DNA of 62,967 nucleotides, the filler included. It is 5 parts of 5 records of this genome, joined end to end, with 100 filler letters (N's around TTAATTAATTAA, not from the genome) between each part and the next. Parts side by side here need not be neighbours in the genome. Positions count along the whole stretch, not along the records: positions 39,346 to 62,967 come from DRR723986_7872; 4 more parts are not named here. One strand, written 5' to 3'. The notes below the pieces were generated by a model. The model worked only from the letters and a program-made list of their open reading frames with translations. It had not been told where the DNA came from and did not search any database. The translations under genes and the position numbers were made by a program. Below are positions 40,914 through 50,836 of this stretch, one piece after another; position 1 is the first letter of the stretch; every line of letters starts with the position of its first letter.

Positions 40914-42998
40914 CTAGAACGCCGCGCGGATGCCGACGCGGATATTGCGGCCCGGCGCAGGCACACGATCTTTCAGCACACTGGTCGCGTAGCGGATCTC
41001 TTCATCCGTCACATTGCGCGCATCGACGAACAGGGTCGTGCCATCGTGACCAAAGCCGAGCGCGGCGAGGTTCAAATCCGCCCGCAGGTCCAGCTGCGTG
41101 TAGCCATCAGTCGGCAGCTCACCTGTCGCGACATCGGTCTGATCGTCCGCCCACGTTACATGCGCCCCGGCTGACCAGAAGCCCCAGTCCGCCTTCGCAC
41201 CGGCATTGATCGTCAGCGGCGGCATCAGCGGGACATTGCCTCCATTGTCCAGTTCGCCGGAAACGATATCGATGCCGCCGTCCAGCGTCCAGTCGGCCTT
41301 GAGCAGGCCCTGCGGGATGTAGGCCTCGCCATAGATCTCGGCGCCGGTGAAGGTCGCGTCTTCCTGGCTGAACAGATAGACCGGCAGGCCGTCGATCTCG
41401 TCCAGCCCTTCATAGAGGCCCGGCGCCAGATAGATGAACCCGTCGAACGACGTGCGGAACAGGTTCACGCCAAAACTGGCATTCGCGCTTTCCCAGCGCG
41501 CCGTCGCCTCGATGTTCAGGCCCTTTTCCTTGTCCAGATTGATGCTGCCGACCTCATACTGCGCCGTCGCTAGATGCGCGCCGTCTGCGTAGAGCTCGCT
41601 CTCGTTCGGGGCGCGTTCGGTGTGGGAAACCTGCAGGCCGATGAACCAGCCATTGTCCCAGTGCTGGTGGGCACCGATGGAGGCGCTGTACAGGTCGAAA
41701 TCGGTGTCGCCTGCCGCATTGCTGCGCTCGGCGTTTTCGATCCGCGCGCCACCTTCGAGGCCGAAGCCGTTTTCCCAGTCGATGGTCTCGTAGAGGAAGG
41801 CGCCGAGGCTGTTCGAATCCGTCTTCGTGATGAAGGCTTCGTCACCAAAGGCGTCCAGCGTCTTGTCGGTATATTGCACGCCGACCGCGCCTTTCAGCAG
41901 GCCAAGCTCATGACTGGCTTCAACCCGCGCCTCGGTGCCGTCGGTCTCATAGATCGTGCCCGGCTCGCCCGGCGCTTCGAACTCCGTATGTTCGTAGTCG
42001 GCCTGAGACACCGTCGCGGTGAGTTCCTTCAGGATGCCTGTATCGAGCTTGATGCCGCCGCGGAAATCGTAACGGGTCTGTTCCATGTCGATGAAGGGGT
42101 TTTCCTCCGCGGCCGCGCCGTCGCCTGCATCGCCGTCTTCATCGCCATGCTCATGCGCCGAGCCCGGCAAACCATACTGCGCCTGTTGCTGGCGCACGGC
42201 CACGCCGAGGAATGCGTTTTCGCCGATCCACGACACGCCACCTGCCAGGGAGGTCGTCTGCGCGAAGGAATTCTCCATCGTGCCGGAGGCGTGTTCCTCT
42301 TCCTCGTGGGCTTCGCCTTCTTCAGCCTCTTCCTGCGCATGCAGCTGGGCCGACTCGGCCATGCCCGGAATGTCATAATTGCCGAAGTCACGCGCAGAGC
42401 CCGTCAGGGTAAAGACGAACGGCCCCCGCACCATCTGCCCGCGCCCGGCCACCTCCGTCCCTTCGCTGACATCATTATAGGCGCCGAACATGTCGGCGGA
42501 GACTTTGCGTTCCGGCAGCACGTCCGGCAGCAGGCCGTCGATCACATTGACCACGCCGCCGATCGCCTGCCCGCCATAGGCCAGCGCCGCCGGGCCGCGC
42601 AGGATCTCGATCTTCTCCGCATCAATGCCGTCGGCGGCGGCCTGGTGGTCGGGCGAGGCGGCGGAAACGTCGATCACGCCAATGCCATTGGTCAGCACCT
42701 GCACACGTTCCGCCCCAAGCCCGCGAAGCACCGGCCGGCTAGCACCCTGACCGAAGAAAGTGGTCGAGACACCCGGCTGGCGGTCCAGCGTATCGCCCAG
42801 CGTCGGGCCCAGCGTCTCTATAATGCCTTGCCGGCCGATCGAGGTCGCATTGCCAATCAGTTCGCCTTCCAGCCTGTCCGGCCCCGGCGCGGTGACGATG
42901 ACAGACTGCTGGCGCAGGTCTATGTCTTCCGGGGCATCGGCATGGGCAAAACCGGCGAGGACCGCCGTGGAGGCAGCGAGGAGGAGGAGCTGTTTCAT
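40914..42998 (-). CDS. TonB-dependent receptor, ZnuD-like
   Basis: Signal peptide, ASRPVLRG and IEILRGP plug motifs, His/Glu-rich loops and a terminal Phe. Confidence 0.92.
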   Translation of the reverse strand: MKQLLLLAASTAVLAGFAHADAPEDIDLRQQSVIVTAPGPDRLEGELIGNATSIGRQGIIETLGPTLGDTLDRQPGVSTTFFGQGASRPVLRGLGAERVQVLTNGIGVIDVSAASPDHQAAADGIDAEKIEILRGPAALAYGGQAIGGVVNVIDGLLPDVLPERKVSADMFGAYNDVSEGTEVAGRGQMVRGPFVFTLTGSARDFGNYDIPGMAESAQLHAQEEAEEGEAHEEEEHASGTMENSFAQTTSLAGGVSWIGENAFLGVAVRQQQAQYGLPGSAHEHGDEDGDAGDGAAAEENPFIDMEQTRYDFRGGIKLDTGILKELTATVSQADYEHTEFEAPGEPGTIYETDGTEARVEASHELGLLKGAVGVQYTDKTLDAFGDEAFITKTDSNSLGAFLYETIDWENGFGLEGGARIENAERSNAAGDTDFDLYSASIGAHQHWDNGWFIGLQVSHTERAPNESELYADGAHLATAQYEVGSINLDKEKGLNIEATARWESANASFGVNLFRTSFDGFIYLAPGLYEGLDEIDGLPVYLFSQEDATFTGAEIYGEAYIPQGLLKADWTLDGGIDIVSGELDNGGNVPLMPPLTINAGAKADWGFWSAGAHVTWADDQTDVATGELPTDGYTQLDLRADLNLAALGFGHDGTTLFVDARNVTDEEIRYATSVLKDRVPAPGRNIRVGIRAAF

Positions 42999-43022
42999 GA
43001 GTGAGGTAGGTTCCGCTTGCGC

Positions 43023-43044
43023 AATTGTTATATTATTTCATTAC
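43023..43044 (-). promoter_or_regulatory. Zur box candidate
   Basis: Minus strand GTAATGAAATAATATAACAATT resembles the Zur consensus AATGTTATAnTATAACATT; about 25 nt upstream of the receptor ATG. Confidence 0.7.
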
Positions 43045-43202
43045 CCCATCGGCAGACAGCGTCAAGCCACCTTCCAGGAAAAGTCCCCGGGTTTCAGCAG
43101 CGGCGTATCTGGGATAGGCGGGAGAGCCTCGATGGTCACCGCAACAGTCGACCAGATCATGCTGACACCTCGCTGACGTACGAACAAAGGCTCCGAAAAC
43201 CC

Positions 43203-43880
43203 ATGATGATCACGCTCAGCAGCGTCCTCACCCCAGACCAGGTACAAAAAGTCACCAGCCTTGCCTCCGGCCTCAGCTGGCGGGACGGTGCCACCACCGC
43301 CGGCGCCGTCGCCCGTCAGGTGAAACGCAACGAACAGGCAGAACTCACCGGCGCCACCGGCACAGCGGCGAAGAAAATCCTGACCGAAGCGATCGAGCGC
43401 CACCCCGTGCTGCGCGCCGCCGCCCAGCCGCGGCGTTTCTCCACGCTGATGATCAGCCGCGCCAGCAATGGCGGCGGCTACGGCCGCCATGTCGACAATG
43501 CCTTCATGGGCACTGGCGACCGGCGCCTGCGCACCGACCTCTCCTTCACGCTCTTCCTCAGCGATCCGTCCACCTATGAAGGCGGCGAGCTCGCCATCGA
43601 CACGCCATCCGGCGAACATGTCGTAAAGCCGGAAGCGGGGGACCTTGTCCTCTATCCTTCTACCACGCTGCACGAAGTACGGTCCGTCACCTCCGGCGAG
43701 CGTATCGTCTGCGTCGGCTGGATCGAAAGCGCCGTGCGCGATGCCGCCGCGCGGGAGATCCTGTTCGACCTCGAAAACCTGCGCGCCACGCTGGCGCCGC
43801 AGCATGATGCGCAATCGCCCGAAATGCTCACCCTGACCAAGACGATCTCGAACCTGCTCCGCCTCTGGGGCGACGCCTGA
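43203..43880 (+). CDS. PKHD-type Fe(II)/2-oxoglutarate hydroxylase (YbiX/PiuC)
   Basis: HVD, DLSFTLFL, YEGGEL, LHEV and NLLR.W. Confidence 0.92.
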   Translation: MMITLSSVLTPDQVQKVTSLASGLSWRDGATTAGAVARQVKRNEQAELTGATGTAAKKILTEAIERHPVLRAAAQPRRFSTLMISRASNGGGYGRHVDNAFMGTGDRRLRTDLSFTLFLSDPSTYEGGELAIDTPSGEHVVKPEAGDLVLYPSTTLHEVRSVTSGERIVCVGWIESAVRDAAAREILFDLENLRATLAPQHDAQSPEMLTLTKTISNLLRLWGDA

Positions 43881-44209
43881 GCCTGGTCGTCTATCGTCCG
43901 GTATCGTCAAGATCAGTCACACTTGATCATGGCGTAGACGGATTTTGTTCTGGAGTAGTCCTTTCTAATTTGCGTCACGCCCGATGGCCACCGGCCATCT
44001 GGGCGCCCATCCCTCATGACGATGCCATTGCGCCTGCCACCTGCCGCATCGCGCCAGACCGCCCTCTGACTCTCCCTCTGCCGGAAACCTGACGCGCAAT
44101 CTGCACCCGAAAATCCGGCTTCTCCCGCCAGGCACCTTCACAGGCGCCGCACCTGCTGGGCGCAACGGCATGTCTGGACAAGTCCGCCGCAGCGCCCGAC
44201 ATTCGCGCC

Positions 44210-45076
44210 ATGATTACAGGACCGACTTCACATTCGTTCATGTCGCAGCGCCTGCGGCTCCATTATGTCGACTGGGGCAATGAAGGCGCCCCGACGCTGA
44301 TCCTGCTGCACGGCGGGCGCGACCATTGCCGCAACTGGGACTGGGTGGCCCAGGAACTGCGCGACGACTGGCACATCATCGCGCCGGACCTGCGTGGCCA
44401 TGGCGACAGCGCCTGGTCGTCGGACGGGGAGTATAGCCCCCGCGCCAATGTCTATGACCTCGCCCAGCTGATCCACCAGTTGAATGTCGGCCCGGTCCAC
44501 ATCGTCGCCCACTCCTATGGCGGCAACATTTCGCTGCGCTATGCCGGGATCTATCCGGACATGGTGAAAAAGCTGGTCGCCATAGAAGGGCTGGGGCCGT
44601 CGCCGAAAATGCTGGCCGAGCGTTTCGCCATCGACCCGGACAAGCGGATGCGGGACTGGATCGAAAACAAGCGCGCCGCAGCCGGCCGAAGCCCGCGCAA
44701 ATACCCGTCGCTGGAAGACGCCTACAAGCGAATGATCGAGGAGAATTCCTACCTGTCCGCAGAGCAGGCACGCCACCTGACCATCCATGGCATCAGCCAG
44801 AATGAGGACGGGACTTACTCCTGGAAGTTCGACAATTATTTCCGCGTCATGACGCCGTATGACATGCCGCAAGAAGACCTGGAGAAACTCTGGAGCAACA
44901 TCACCTGCCCGACGCTGCTGGCCTATGGCGAAAAAAGCTGGGCCTCCAACCCGGCCGAGGATGGGCGCGTGAAGCATTTCCAGAACGCGACCGTGAAGCT
45001 CTACAAGGATGCCGGCCACTGGCTGCACCATGACAAGCTGGACGAATTCGTCGCCGACCTGAAAGCATTCCTCTAG
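44210..45076 (+). CDS. Alpha/beta hydrolase
   Basis: LLHG, DLRGHGDS, AHSYGG and AGHW. Confidence 0.92.
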   Translation: MITGPTSHSFMSQRLRLHYVDWGNEGAPTLILLHGGRDHCRNWDWVAQELRDDWHIIAPDLRGHGDSAWSSDGEYSPRANVYDLAQLIHQLNVGPVHIVAHSYGGNISLRYAGIYPDMVKKLVAIEGLGPSPKMLAERFAIDPDKRMRDWIENKRAAAGRSPRKYPSLEDAYKRMIEENSYLSAEQARHLTIHGISQNEDGTYSWKFDNYFRVMTPYDMPQEDLEKLWSNITCPTLLAYGEKSWASNPAEDGRVKHFQNATVKLYKDAGHWLHHDKLDEFVADLKAFL

Positions 45077-45164
45077 GGCTTTCCCTTGTGGCCTGACCAT
45101 GGGTCACGACTGGTGCACGCGACCGTCCCGGCTAGACTGGCGCAAAATGTATCAGGAGGAACCC

Positions 45165-45905
45165 ATGGCAGATCCGCTCTTCAGTCTGGAAGGCAAAGTC
45201 GCCCTTGTCACCGGCGGCAGCCGCGGCCTCGGCTATCAGATGGTGAAAGCCTTCGCCGAACGCGGTGCCGATGTGATCATCGCCAGCCGCAAGGTCGAGG
45301 CCTGTGAAGAGGTCGCCGAAGAAGTCCGCGCCATGGGCCGCCGGGCCCTGGCCATTGGTGCCCATTGTGGCAAATGGGACGATATCGACAAGCTGATCGA
45401 GGCCGCCTATGCCGAATTCGGCCGCGTCGACATCCTCGTCAACAATGCCGGCATGGGCCCGATGGTGCCCAGCCATGAAGTGCCGGAGAACCTGTTCGAC
45501 AGCGTCGTGAACCTCAACTTCAAAGGCCCATACCGCCTCGCCGCCATCATCGGCGACCGCATGAAGAAGGCAGGCGGCGGCTCCATCATCAACATCTCCT
45601 CCATTGCCTCACTGGTGCCGATGCCCCGCGTCGTCTCCTATGCCGGGGCGAAAGCCGCTCTGAACGCGATGACCACCAGCTTCGCCCGGGAATACGGCCC
45701 GGAAGTACGCGTGAACTGCATCGCCGCCGGGCCCTTCCTGACCGACATTTCCAAGGCCTGGACGGAAGAGGCGCGGGAAAAATCCGACAATGCCCTCGGC
45801 CGCCCGGGACGCCCGGAAGAGATCGTGACCGCCGCGCTCTATCTCGCCTCCGACCATTCCAGCTTCACGACGGGTTCCATTATCCGCGTCGACGGAGGCG
45901 CATAA
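45165..45905 (+). CDS. Short-chain dehydrogenase/reductase
   Basis: TGGSRGLG, NNAG and YAGAK. Confidence 0.94.
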   Translation: MADPLFSLEGKVALVTGGSRGLGYQMVKAFAERGADVIIASRKVEACEEVAEEVRAMGRRALAIGAHCGKWDDIDKLIEAAYAEFGRVDILVNNAGMGPMVPSHEVPENLFDSVVNLNFKGPYRLAAIIGDRMKKAGGGSIINISSIASLVPMPRVVSYAGAKAALNAMTTSFAREYGPEVRVNCIAAGPFLTDISKAWTEEAREKSDNALGRPGRPEEIVTAALYLASDHSSFTTGSIIRVDGGA

Positions 45906-46861
45906 TGTCTTCCAAGCACCTTCTGGAACCGGACCTGAAGGATTTCTTCCTGTCCATGCCGCCCCTGACGCTATCGCAGGAGGCCATGCCCGCCATCCGT
46001 GAAGCGCGCGAGAAGATGGCGATGGAGCAGATGCCGCCGCTGCCGCCGGAAGTCTCCATCGTGCAGGAACTGGCTCCCGGCCGCAACGGCGCGCCGGATG
46101 TGCGGATGAAGATCTATCGCACGCCGTCCGACCGGAAGGACCGGCCGGCCATCCTGCACCTGCATGGCGGCGGCTATGTGCTGGGCAGTCCGGAAAGCAA
46201 CGCGCCGCAGCATTGCGCCTGGGCCAAGGGCATGGACGCGGTCGTCGTCGCGCCCGCTTACCGCCTCGCGCCCGAGACGGCCTATCCCGGCAATGTCGAG
46301 GATGCCTATGCCGCACTGGCCTGGCTCTTCAGGAATGCCGATCAGCTGGGCGTCGACACATCGAAGATCGCCGTGGCGGGCGAAAGCGCAGGCGGCGGCC
46401 TCGCGGCGGCCCTGACGCTGCTCGTCCGTGATCGGAAGGAGTTCAGCTTCTGCTTCCAGTACCTGATCTTCCCGATGCTGGACGACCGCACCACGATCCG
46501 CGCCGACCTCTCGCAGATGTTTGGCGAATATGTCTGGGACCGGGAGAAAAACCATTTCGGCTGGGCTGCCCTGCTGGGTCAGGCGCCGGGAGGGCACGAT
46601 GTCTCGCCCTATGCTGCCGCTGCGCGTGCAGATGACCTGTCCGGCCTGCCGCCGACCTTCATCTCGACCGGCGCGCTGGACCTCTTCACGGAAGAAGACC
46701 TCGAATATGCCCGCCGCCTGATGGCAGCCGGGGTGCCGGTGGAGCTGCATGTCTATCCCGGCGCGCCGCACGGCTTCATGTGGGTGCCGAAAGCGCGGGT
46801 GACGAAGCAGTACGCCCGCGATGCCTGGGATGCGCTGGCAAGAGGGATCGGGGCCGCCTAG
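45905..46861 (+). CDS. HSL-family esterase/lipase
   Basis: HGGG, GESAG and HGF motifs. Confidence 0.94.
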   Translation: MSSKHLLEPDLKDFFLSMPPLTLSQEAMPAIREAREKMAMEQMPPLPPEVSIVQELAPGRNGAPDVRMKIYRTPSDRKDRPAILHLHGGGYVLGSPESNAPQHCAWAKGMDAVVVAPAYRLAPETAYPGNVEDAYAALAWLFRNADQLGVDTSKIAVAGESAGGGLAAALTLLVRDRKEFSFCFQYLIFPMLDDRTTIRADLSQMFGEYVWDREKNHFGWAALLGQAPGGHDVSPYAAAARADDLSGLPPTFISTGALDLFTEEDLEYARRLMAAGVPVELHVYPGAPHGFMWVPKARVTKQYARDAWDALARGIGAA

Positions 46862-47400
46862 ACGCCGATGGCCCGGGCCTCGTCCGCGGTGATGGAATAG
46901 ACAAGACTCGGCGGCGCATCAGGCACATCCTTCACCGTCTCGGTCTGGCGCATGCTCAACTGTTCCAGCGCCTCGATGATCTTCTGGTTATCCGGGCGGA
47001 CCATGGCGTGAACCGCATCGGCGTTCAGCAGATGAAACGCCTCGTGGAAACTCGCTCGGCCAAGTTCCTGCCCGTATCCCTTGCCCCAGGCTTCCCGGGC
47101 CAGGCGGAAACGGAGATTGAACCGCTCCTTCCTGTTGATCTGCCGGTATGCCAGCCCGCCGAAGCCGATCACATGGTCCCGGTTCTCCACTGTTGAGACC
47201 GCCCAGTGACCGAACCCGTATTTCCACCAATGATCCTTGATGGTCTGCAGCATGCGCCGGCTGTCACTCTTGTCGACCAGCGGGCCAGACGGTGCATGGG
47301 CAGAGATTTCCGGGTCGCTGAAAATCACGAAATGGCGCTTCAGATCATCCATTGTCGGTTCTCTGAGCGCCAGAGAGCCAAAGGTCGTTAGTTCGCTCAT
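46858..47400 (-). CDS. RimJ/RimL-type GNAT acetyltransferase
   Basis: G.G.WAV, WGKGY..E and P.N motifs. Confidence 0.85.
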   Translation of the reverse strand: MSELTTFGSLALREPTMDDLKRHFVIFSDPEISAHAPSGPLVDKSDSRRMLQTIKDHWWKYGFGHWAVSTVENRDHVIGFGGLAYRQINRKERFNLRFRLAREAWGKGYGQELGRASFHEAFHLLNADAVHAMVRPDNQKIIEALEQLSMRQTETVKDVPDAPPSLVYSITADEARAIGV

Positions 47401-47515
47401 GAACGCGGTTCCACATTACCCGCCGGGATTTGTGGCTACAGTCCTGATGCCCGCAAAGCGCGGTGTCAATTTCAACTGAAAGGAAAACTGTGAATCGTTC
47501 TCAACAGGAGCAACG

Positions 47516-48682
47516 TCAGTCCTTCTTCAGGCCCAGTTCCGAGAGCACATCGTCGGTATGTTCTCCAATGGTCGGAGCCGGCGTGATCTCCCGCTGCGGC
47601 TGGCCGACAAACTGGACCGGCGGCTGCGTTTCCCAATAACCACCTTCCGTCGGGTGTTCGCGGCGCTGGAAGAAGTTCACGGCTTTGAGGTGCGGATCGT
47701 CCTGAAGGTCCGGGAAGTCATTGGCCCGGGCTGCCGGAATGTCGGCTTCGGCCAGCAGTTTCAGCCAGTGCTCAGTCGTGTGATTGACGAAATAGTGCTG
47801 CACGCGCTCCATCATGTAATCCATGTTGAAGAAGCGGCCGCGCCGGTCAGCGATGCGCTGGTCCTCCAGCTCTTCCGGTGTACCCATGACCTCAAACAGC
47901 TTTACCCACCGCTGGTCCACATAGGGCGCGATCACGATATAACCGTTCGCGGTCTGGAGCGGCTGGCGGCAGGGATCGACCTGGCGCTGATAGCAGAAGG
48001 GGCCAACCGGCGGATCGAAGGCCGCTTCGTAGAAATGCTCCTCTAGCAGGAAATGTGTGATGCATTCGAACATCGGCACTTCCACATGGACCGCCTCACC
48101 GGTCCGGTCGCGCTGGCGCAACGCTGCCAGCGTCGCATAGACCGCATGAAGGCCCGAGACCTTGTCGGCGAATGCGGTCGGAATGAAACGCGGACGCGGA
48201 TTGCCATCGACCTTGGGCAACAGGCTGGTCGCAGCGGAGAGGCCCTGGATCAGGTCGTCATAGGCCGGCCGGCCTGCATAGGGACCTTCCGATCCGAAGC
48301 CGAGGCAATGGACATAGACAATGTCTGGCTTGATCGCCTTCACTTCCTCGAAGGTCAGCCCCAGCCGCGCCACGGCATCCGGGCGGATATTGTGGATGAA
48401 CACATCGCTGCGCTCGATCAGCCGGCGGATGGCTTCCTGGCCCTCATCGGATTTCATGTCCCAGACGACCGACCGCTTGCCGCGATTGATCGTCATGTGA
48501 CAGGGCCCCATGTGCCTGTTTTTGGCGGACTTGCCGACATTGCGAAAATCGTCGCCGGAGGCCGGCTCGACCTTCACGACATCGGCGCCCATGTCGGCCA
48601 GGGTCTGAGTGCAATACGGCCCGAAGATCACCGTGGTCATGTCGGCAATTCGGATATCGGACAGCACGCTTGTTCCCGGCAT
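47516..48682 (-). CDS. CaiB/BaiF family III CoA transferase
   Basis: LADMGADVVKVE, NRGKRS, AYDDLIQ and GEHT. Confidence 0.94.
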   Translation of the reverse strand: MPGTSVLSDIRIADMTTVIFGPYCTQTLADMGADVVKVEPASGDDFRNVGKSAKNRHMGPCHMTINRGKRSVVWDMKSDEGQEAIRRLIERSDVFIHNIRPDAVARLGLTFEEVKAIKPDIVYVHCLGFGSEGPYAGRPAYDDLIQGLSAATSLLPKVDGNPRPRFIPTAFADKVSGLHAVYATLAALRQRDRTGEAVHVEVPMFECITHFLLEEHFYEAAFDPPVGPFCYQRQVDPCRQPLQTANGYIVIAPYVDQRWVKLFEVMGTPEELEDQRIADRRGRFFNMDYMMERVQHYFVNHTTEHWLKLLAEADIPAARANDFPDLQDDPHLKAVNFFQRREHPTEGGYWETQPPVQFVGQPQREITPAPTIGEHTDDVLSELGLKKD

Positions 48683-48770
48683 GGGCATCTCCTTGTTTTT
48701 CATCTTCAATGGGACAGGCCGGAAGGCCTTGGCAAGGCCTGCCGCGCGGGGATTTCCTAAGGGAAACAGA

Positions 48771-49112
48771 TCAGGTGAGCAGGCCGACTGGCACGTCCAG
48801 AGCGTCCGACAAACGTTTGGCGGTTTTCAGCCCATAAGGCATGCCACGCTCAATGGCGGAGATATGATTGGCGCGTATCCCGCTCCGCTCGCCCAGTTCT
48901 TTCTGGGTCAGTAACCGGTACTGGCGCACGGCGCGAACCGGGTTTTCGCCCTGATCGATCAGCTCCAACACATCGGCGGGCAGATTTGCCGGATCTGTTG
49001 CACTGACTTCGCGGGCGAGGCGGTCCAAAGTCTTTTCGAGGGACGCCACTTTCGCCTCAAGGTCCAACACCTTGATCTCAAGAGAATAAACGAGCTGAGG
49101 ATCGCCAGACAT
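48771..49112 (-). CDS. XRE-family HTH protein (antitoxin-like)
   Basis: GENPVRA.R..R.LTQ.EL....GI...ISAIERG. Confidence 0.85.
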   Translation of the reverse strand: MSGDPQLVYSLEIKVLDLEAKVASLEKTLDRLAREVSATDPANLPADVLELIDQGENPVRAVRQYRLLTQKELGERSGIRANHISAIERGMPYGLKTAKRLSDALDVPVGLLT

Positions 49113-49195
49113 ATCGGAACGCCCCGTACCTTCGGGCCTTCCATATGTCTGTTCGTCAACGGTTTCTTGTCTGAGCCGTCAAACTTATGTGACAG

Positions 49196-50266
49196 TCAGG
49201 ACGCATGCATCAGATCAGCCGCGCCATGTGCACCAGCTGCCGCAGCCCGGAGTTTCCCTGCCATCCAGTCGAGCGACTTGTTCACACGCTCCACCGCATT
49301 GCGCTCCGCACTCAGCACGCTCTGCTCACCGCGCGGGAGATAGAAATAGGGGTTGGCCTCCCACAGCATGACACTGCCATCCGGACGGATGCTGTAGTCG
49401 ACTGCCGCAAAGTCCAGCCCGAGCGCCTGCACCGCCTGAACAAGGGTTCTGGCATGCAGCAGGTCGCTGTCAAAATAGGCCTTGTCTTCCCGGATCAGAT
49501 CCTCGAGCAGCCTGCGATTGTAGCCCAAGCGATGCCCCAGGCGCCGGCGCGGGCGAGCCTCCCGCTTCAGCAGGCAATTCGACAGCCCGACGACAGTACC
49601 TGAGGCAAAGAACAGGTGGCTCGGCATGACAGCATCGCCGAACACGAAAGCGCGGGCCTTGTGGTGGTAACGGGAAAACAGGCTGGAGGGATTTGCCTTG
49701 GCGGCGCGGTATTCCGACCGGATATCGAACAGCTGGATGACAGCAACAGGGAACACGCAGTCGCGCGCCGCACGCTCCACATCCGCCGCGCTACGGATAA
49801 TTCGGACATCCCGTTGGGCATGTTCGACATCCGAACGAAGAATACAGGTGCCGCCCAATTCCTTGCAGACCTGCGCCAGGCTGGAGGGCCTGTTGACGAT
49901 GCGGGCGCGCGCCGACGGCACGCGTTCCTGGTTCCAGATGGCTGCCTGGCGTGTCTTCGCCGTATTGCTCAGCGCTTCCGGACTATTGAGGACACGGATT
50001 TTATCGATGCGGGCAGCATTGGCGATGTCGACCGCTTCGGCGAAGCAATCGGGATATTTCTCTTTCAATGGATCGCCGAGCCAGAACATGACGAGGCCAA
50101 CGCCCGACAGATCGGGCGCAGCCGAACCTGTTTCATGACAGCGAATGCGCGCCGCAAGTTCCGGATCGGTTTCCCTCACGCGATCCATGAACACGCCGCC
50201 TGTCGGCACGTCGCGGCCACGCCCCGGTCCATGAACAACTATGAGAATGTCGCCCTGTGTGCCCAT
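49196..50266 (-). CDS. ATP-grasp-like protein
   Basis: LNSP.AL.N..K and LGLDFAAVDY...DG....WEANP motifs; start uncertain. Confidence 0.7.
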   Translation of the reverse strand: MGTQGDILIVVHGPGRGRDVPTGGVFMDRVRETDPELAARIRCHETGSAAPDLSGVGLVMFWLGDPLKEKYPDCFAEAVDIANAARIDKIRVLNSPEALSNTAKTRQAAIWNQERVPSARARIVNRPSSLAQVCKELGGTCILRSDVEHAQRDVRIIRSAADVERAARDCVFPVAVIQLFDIRSEYRAAKANPSSLFSRYHHKARAFVFGDAVMPSHLFFASGTVVGLSNCLLKREARPRRRLGHRLGYNRRLLEDLIREDKAYFDSDLLHARTLVQAVQALGLDFAAVDYSIRPDGSVMLWEANPYFYLPRGEQSVLSAERNAVERVNKSLDWMAGKLRAAAAGAHGAADLMHAS

Positions 50267-50494
50267 CGTCCTGCTTGCGCCTTCCTGTGCCAATACGTTC
50301 CGGAACCCTGCTCCGGAGGCCTTTTGCCAGGACCATTCGCAACTTTCTTGCCAGTTGAGTGGCGACGCCCTGATGGCGTGAACAGGCGTAATTATTGAAG
50401 ATTGCGGGATTGTACCTGGTCCCGCCGACAGGACTTAACCGACCTTAACCGAATCGCCGGCACGCTTCCGTCATCCCTGAATGAGGAGGCTGAT

Positions 50495-50800
50495 ATGTCC
50501 ATCAAATGGGTTCGGCGGCGCGCACATGTCCGGCGTCTGGCATCGGGGGACTGTGTCCAGGTTGCGCCCAGCTGGGTACCCGTGGAGGACAAGGGCGGCG
50601 ATGCGAAGGGCCCATCTTTCCACTCGGCCTGCCCGGTTTGCGATGCCCCGATCCTCAGTCTGCGCATGCCAAATGGCGGCTGGGTCCATTTTGAACGCGG
50701 CATCGGCCTCTCCCGCCTGAAACACCCATGCTTCTATATCGGCGAAGATATTGCGAATGTCCGCGACGAGGCGACCGGCGACCTGTTCGGCGACGCCTGA
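50495..50800 (+). CDS. Small hypothetical zinc-ribbon protein (101 aa)
   Basis: GAGGAGG RBS; CPVC...HPC; C-terminal TGDLFG. Confidence 0.75.
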   Translation: MSIKWVRRRAHVRRLASGDCVQVAPSWVPVEDKGGDAKGPSFHSACPVCDAPILSLRMPNGGWVHFERGIGLSRLKHPCFYIGEDIANVRDEATGDLFGDA

Positions 50801-50836
50801 AAAGGAAATCGCGCAGGTGACGGGCACCTGCGCGAT
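50801..50836 (-). terminator. Intrinsic terminator downstream of prx
   Basis: 12-bp stem ATCGCGCAGGTG/CACCTGCGCGAT followed by TTCCTTTT on the minus strand. Confidence 0.8.

Noticed and set aside
44022-44171. 6S RNA or glycine riboswitch
   Set aside because: No zapA/ygfA context and poor pairing around the centre for 6S; the GGAGA...CCGAAG...CUCUCAGG order of glycine aptamers is absent.
50434-50452. CtrA box
   Set aside because: Spacing is TTAA-N6-TTAAC rather than the canonical N7.
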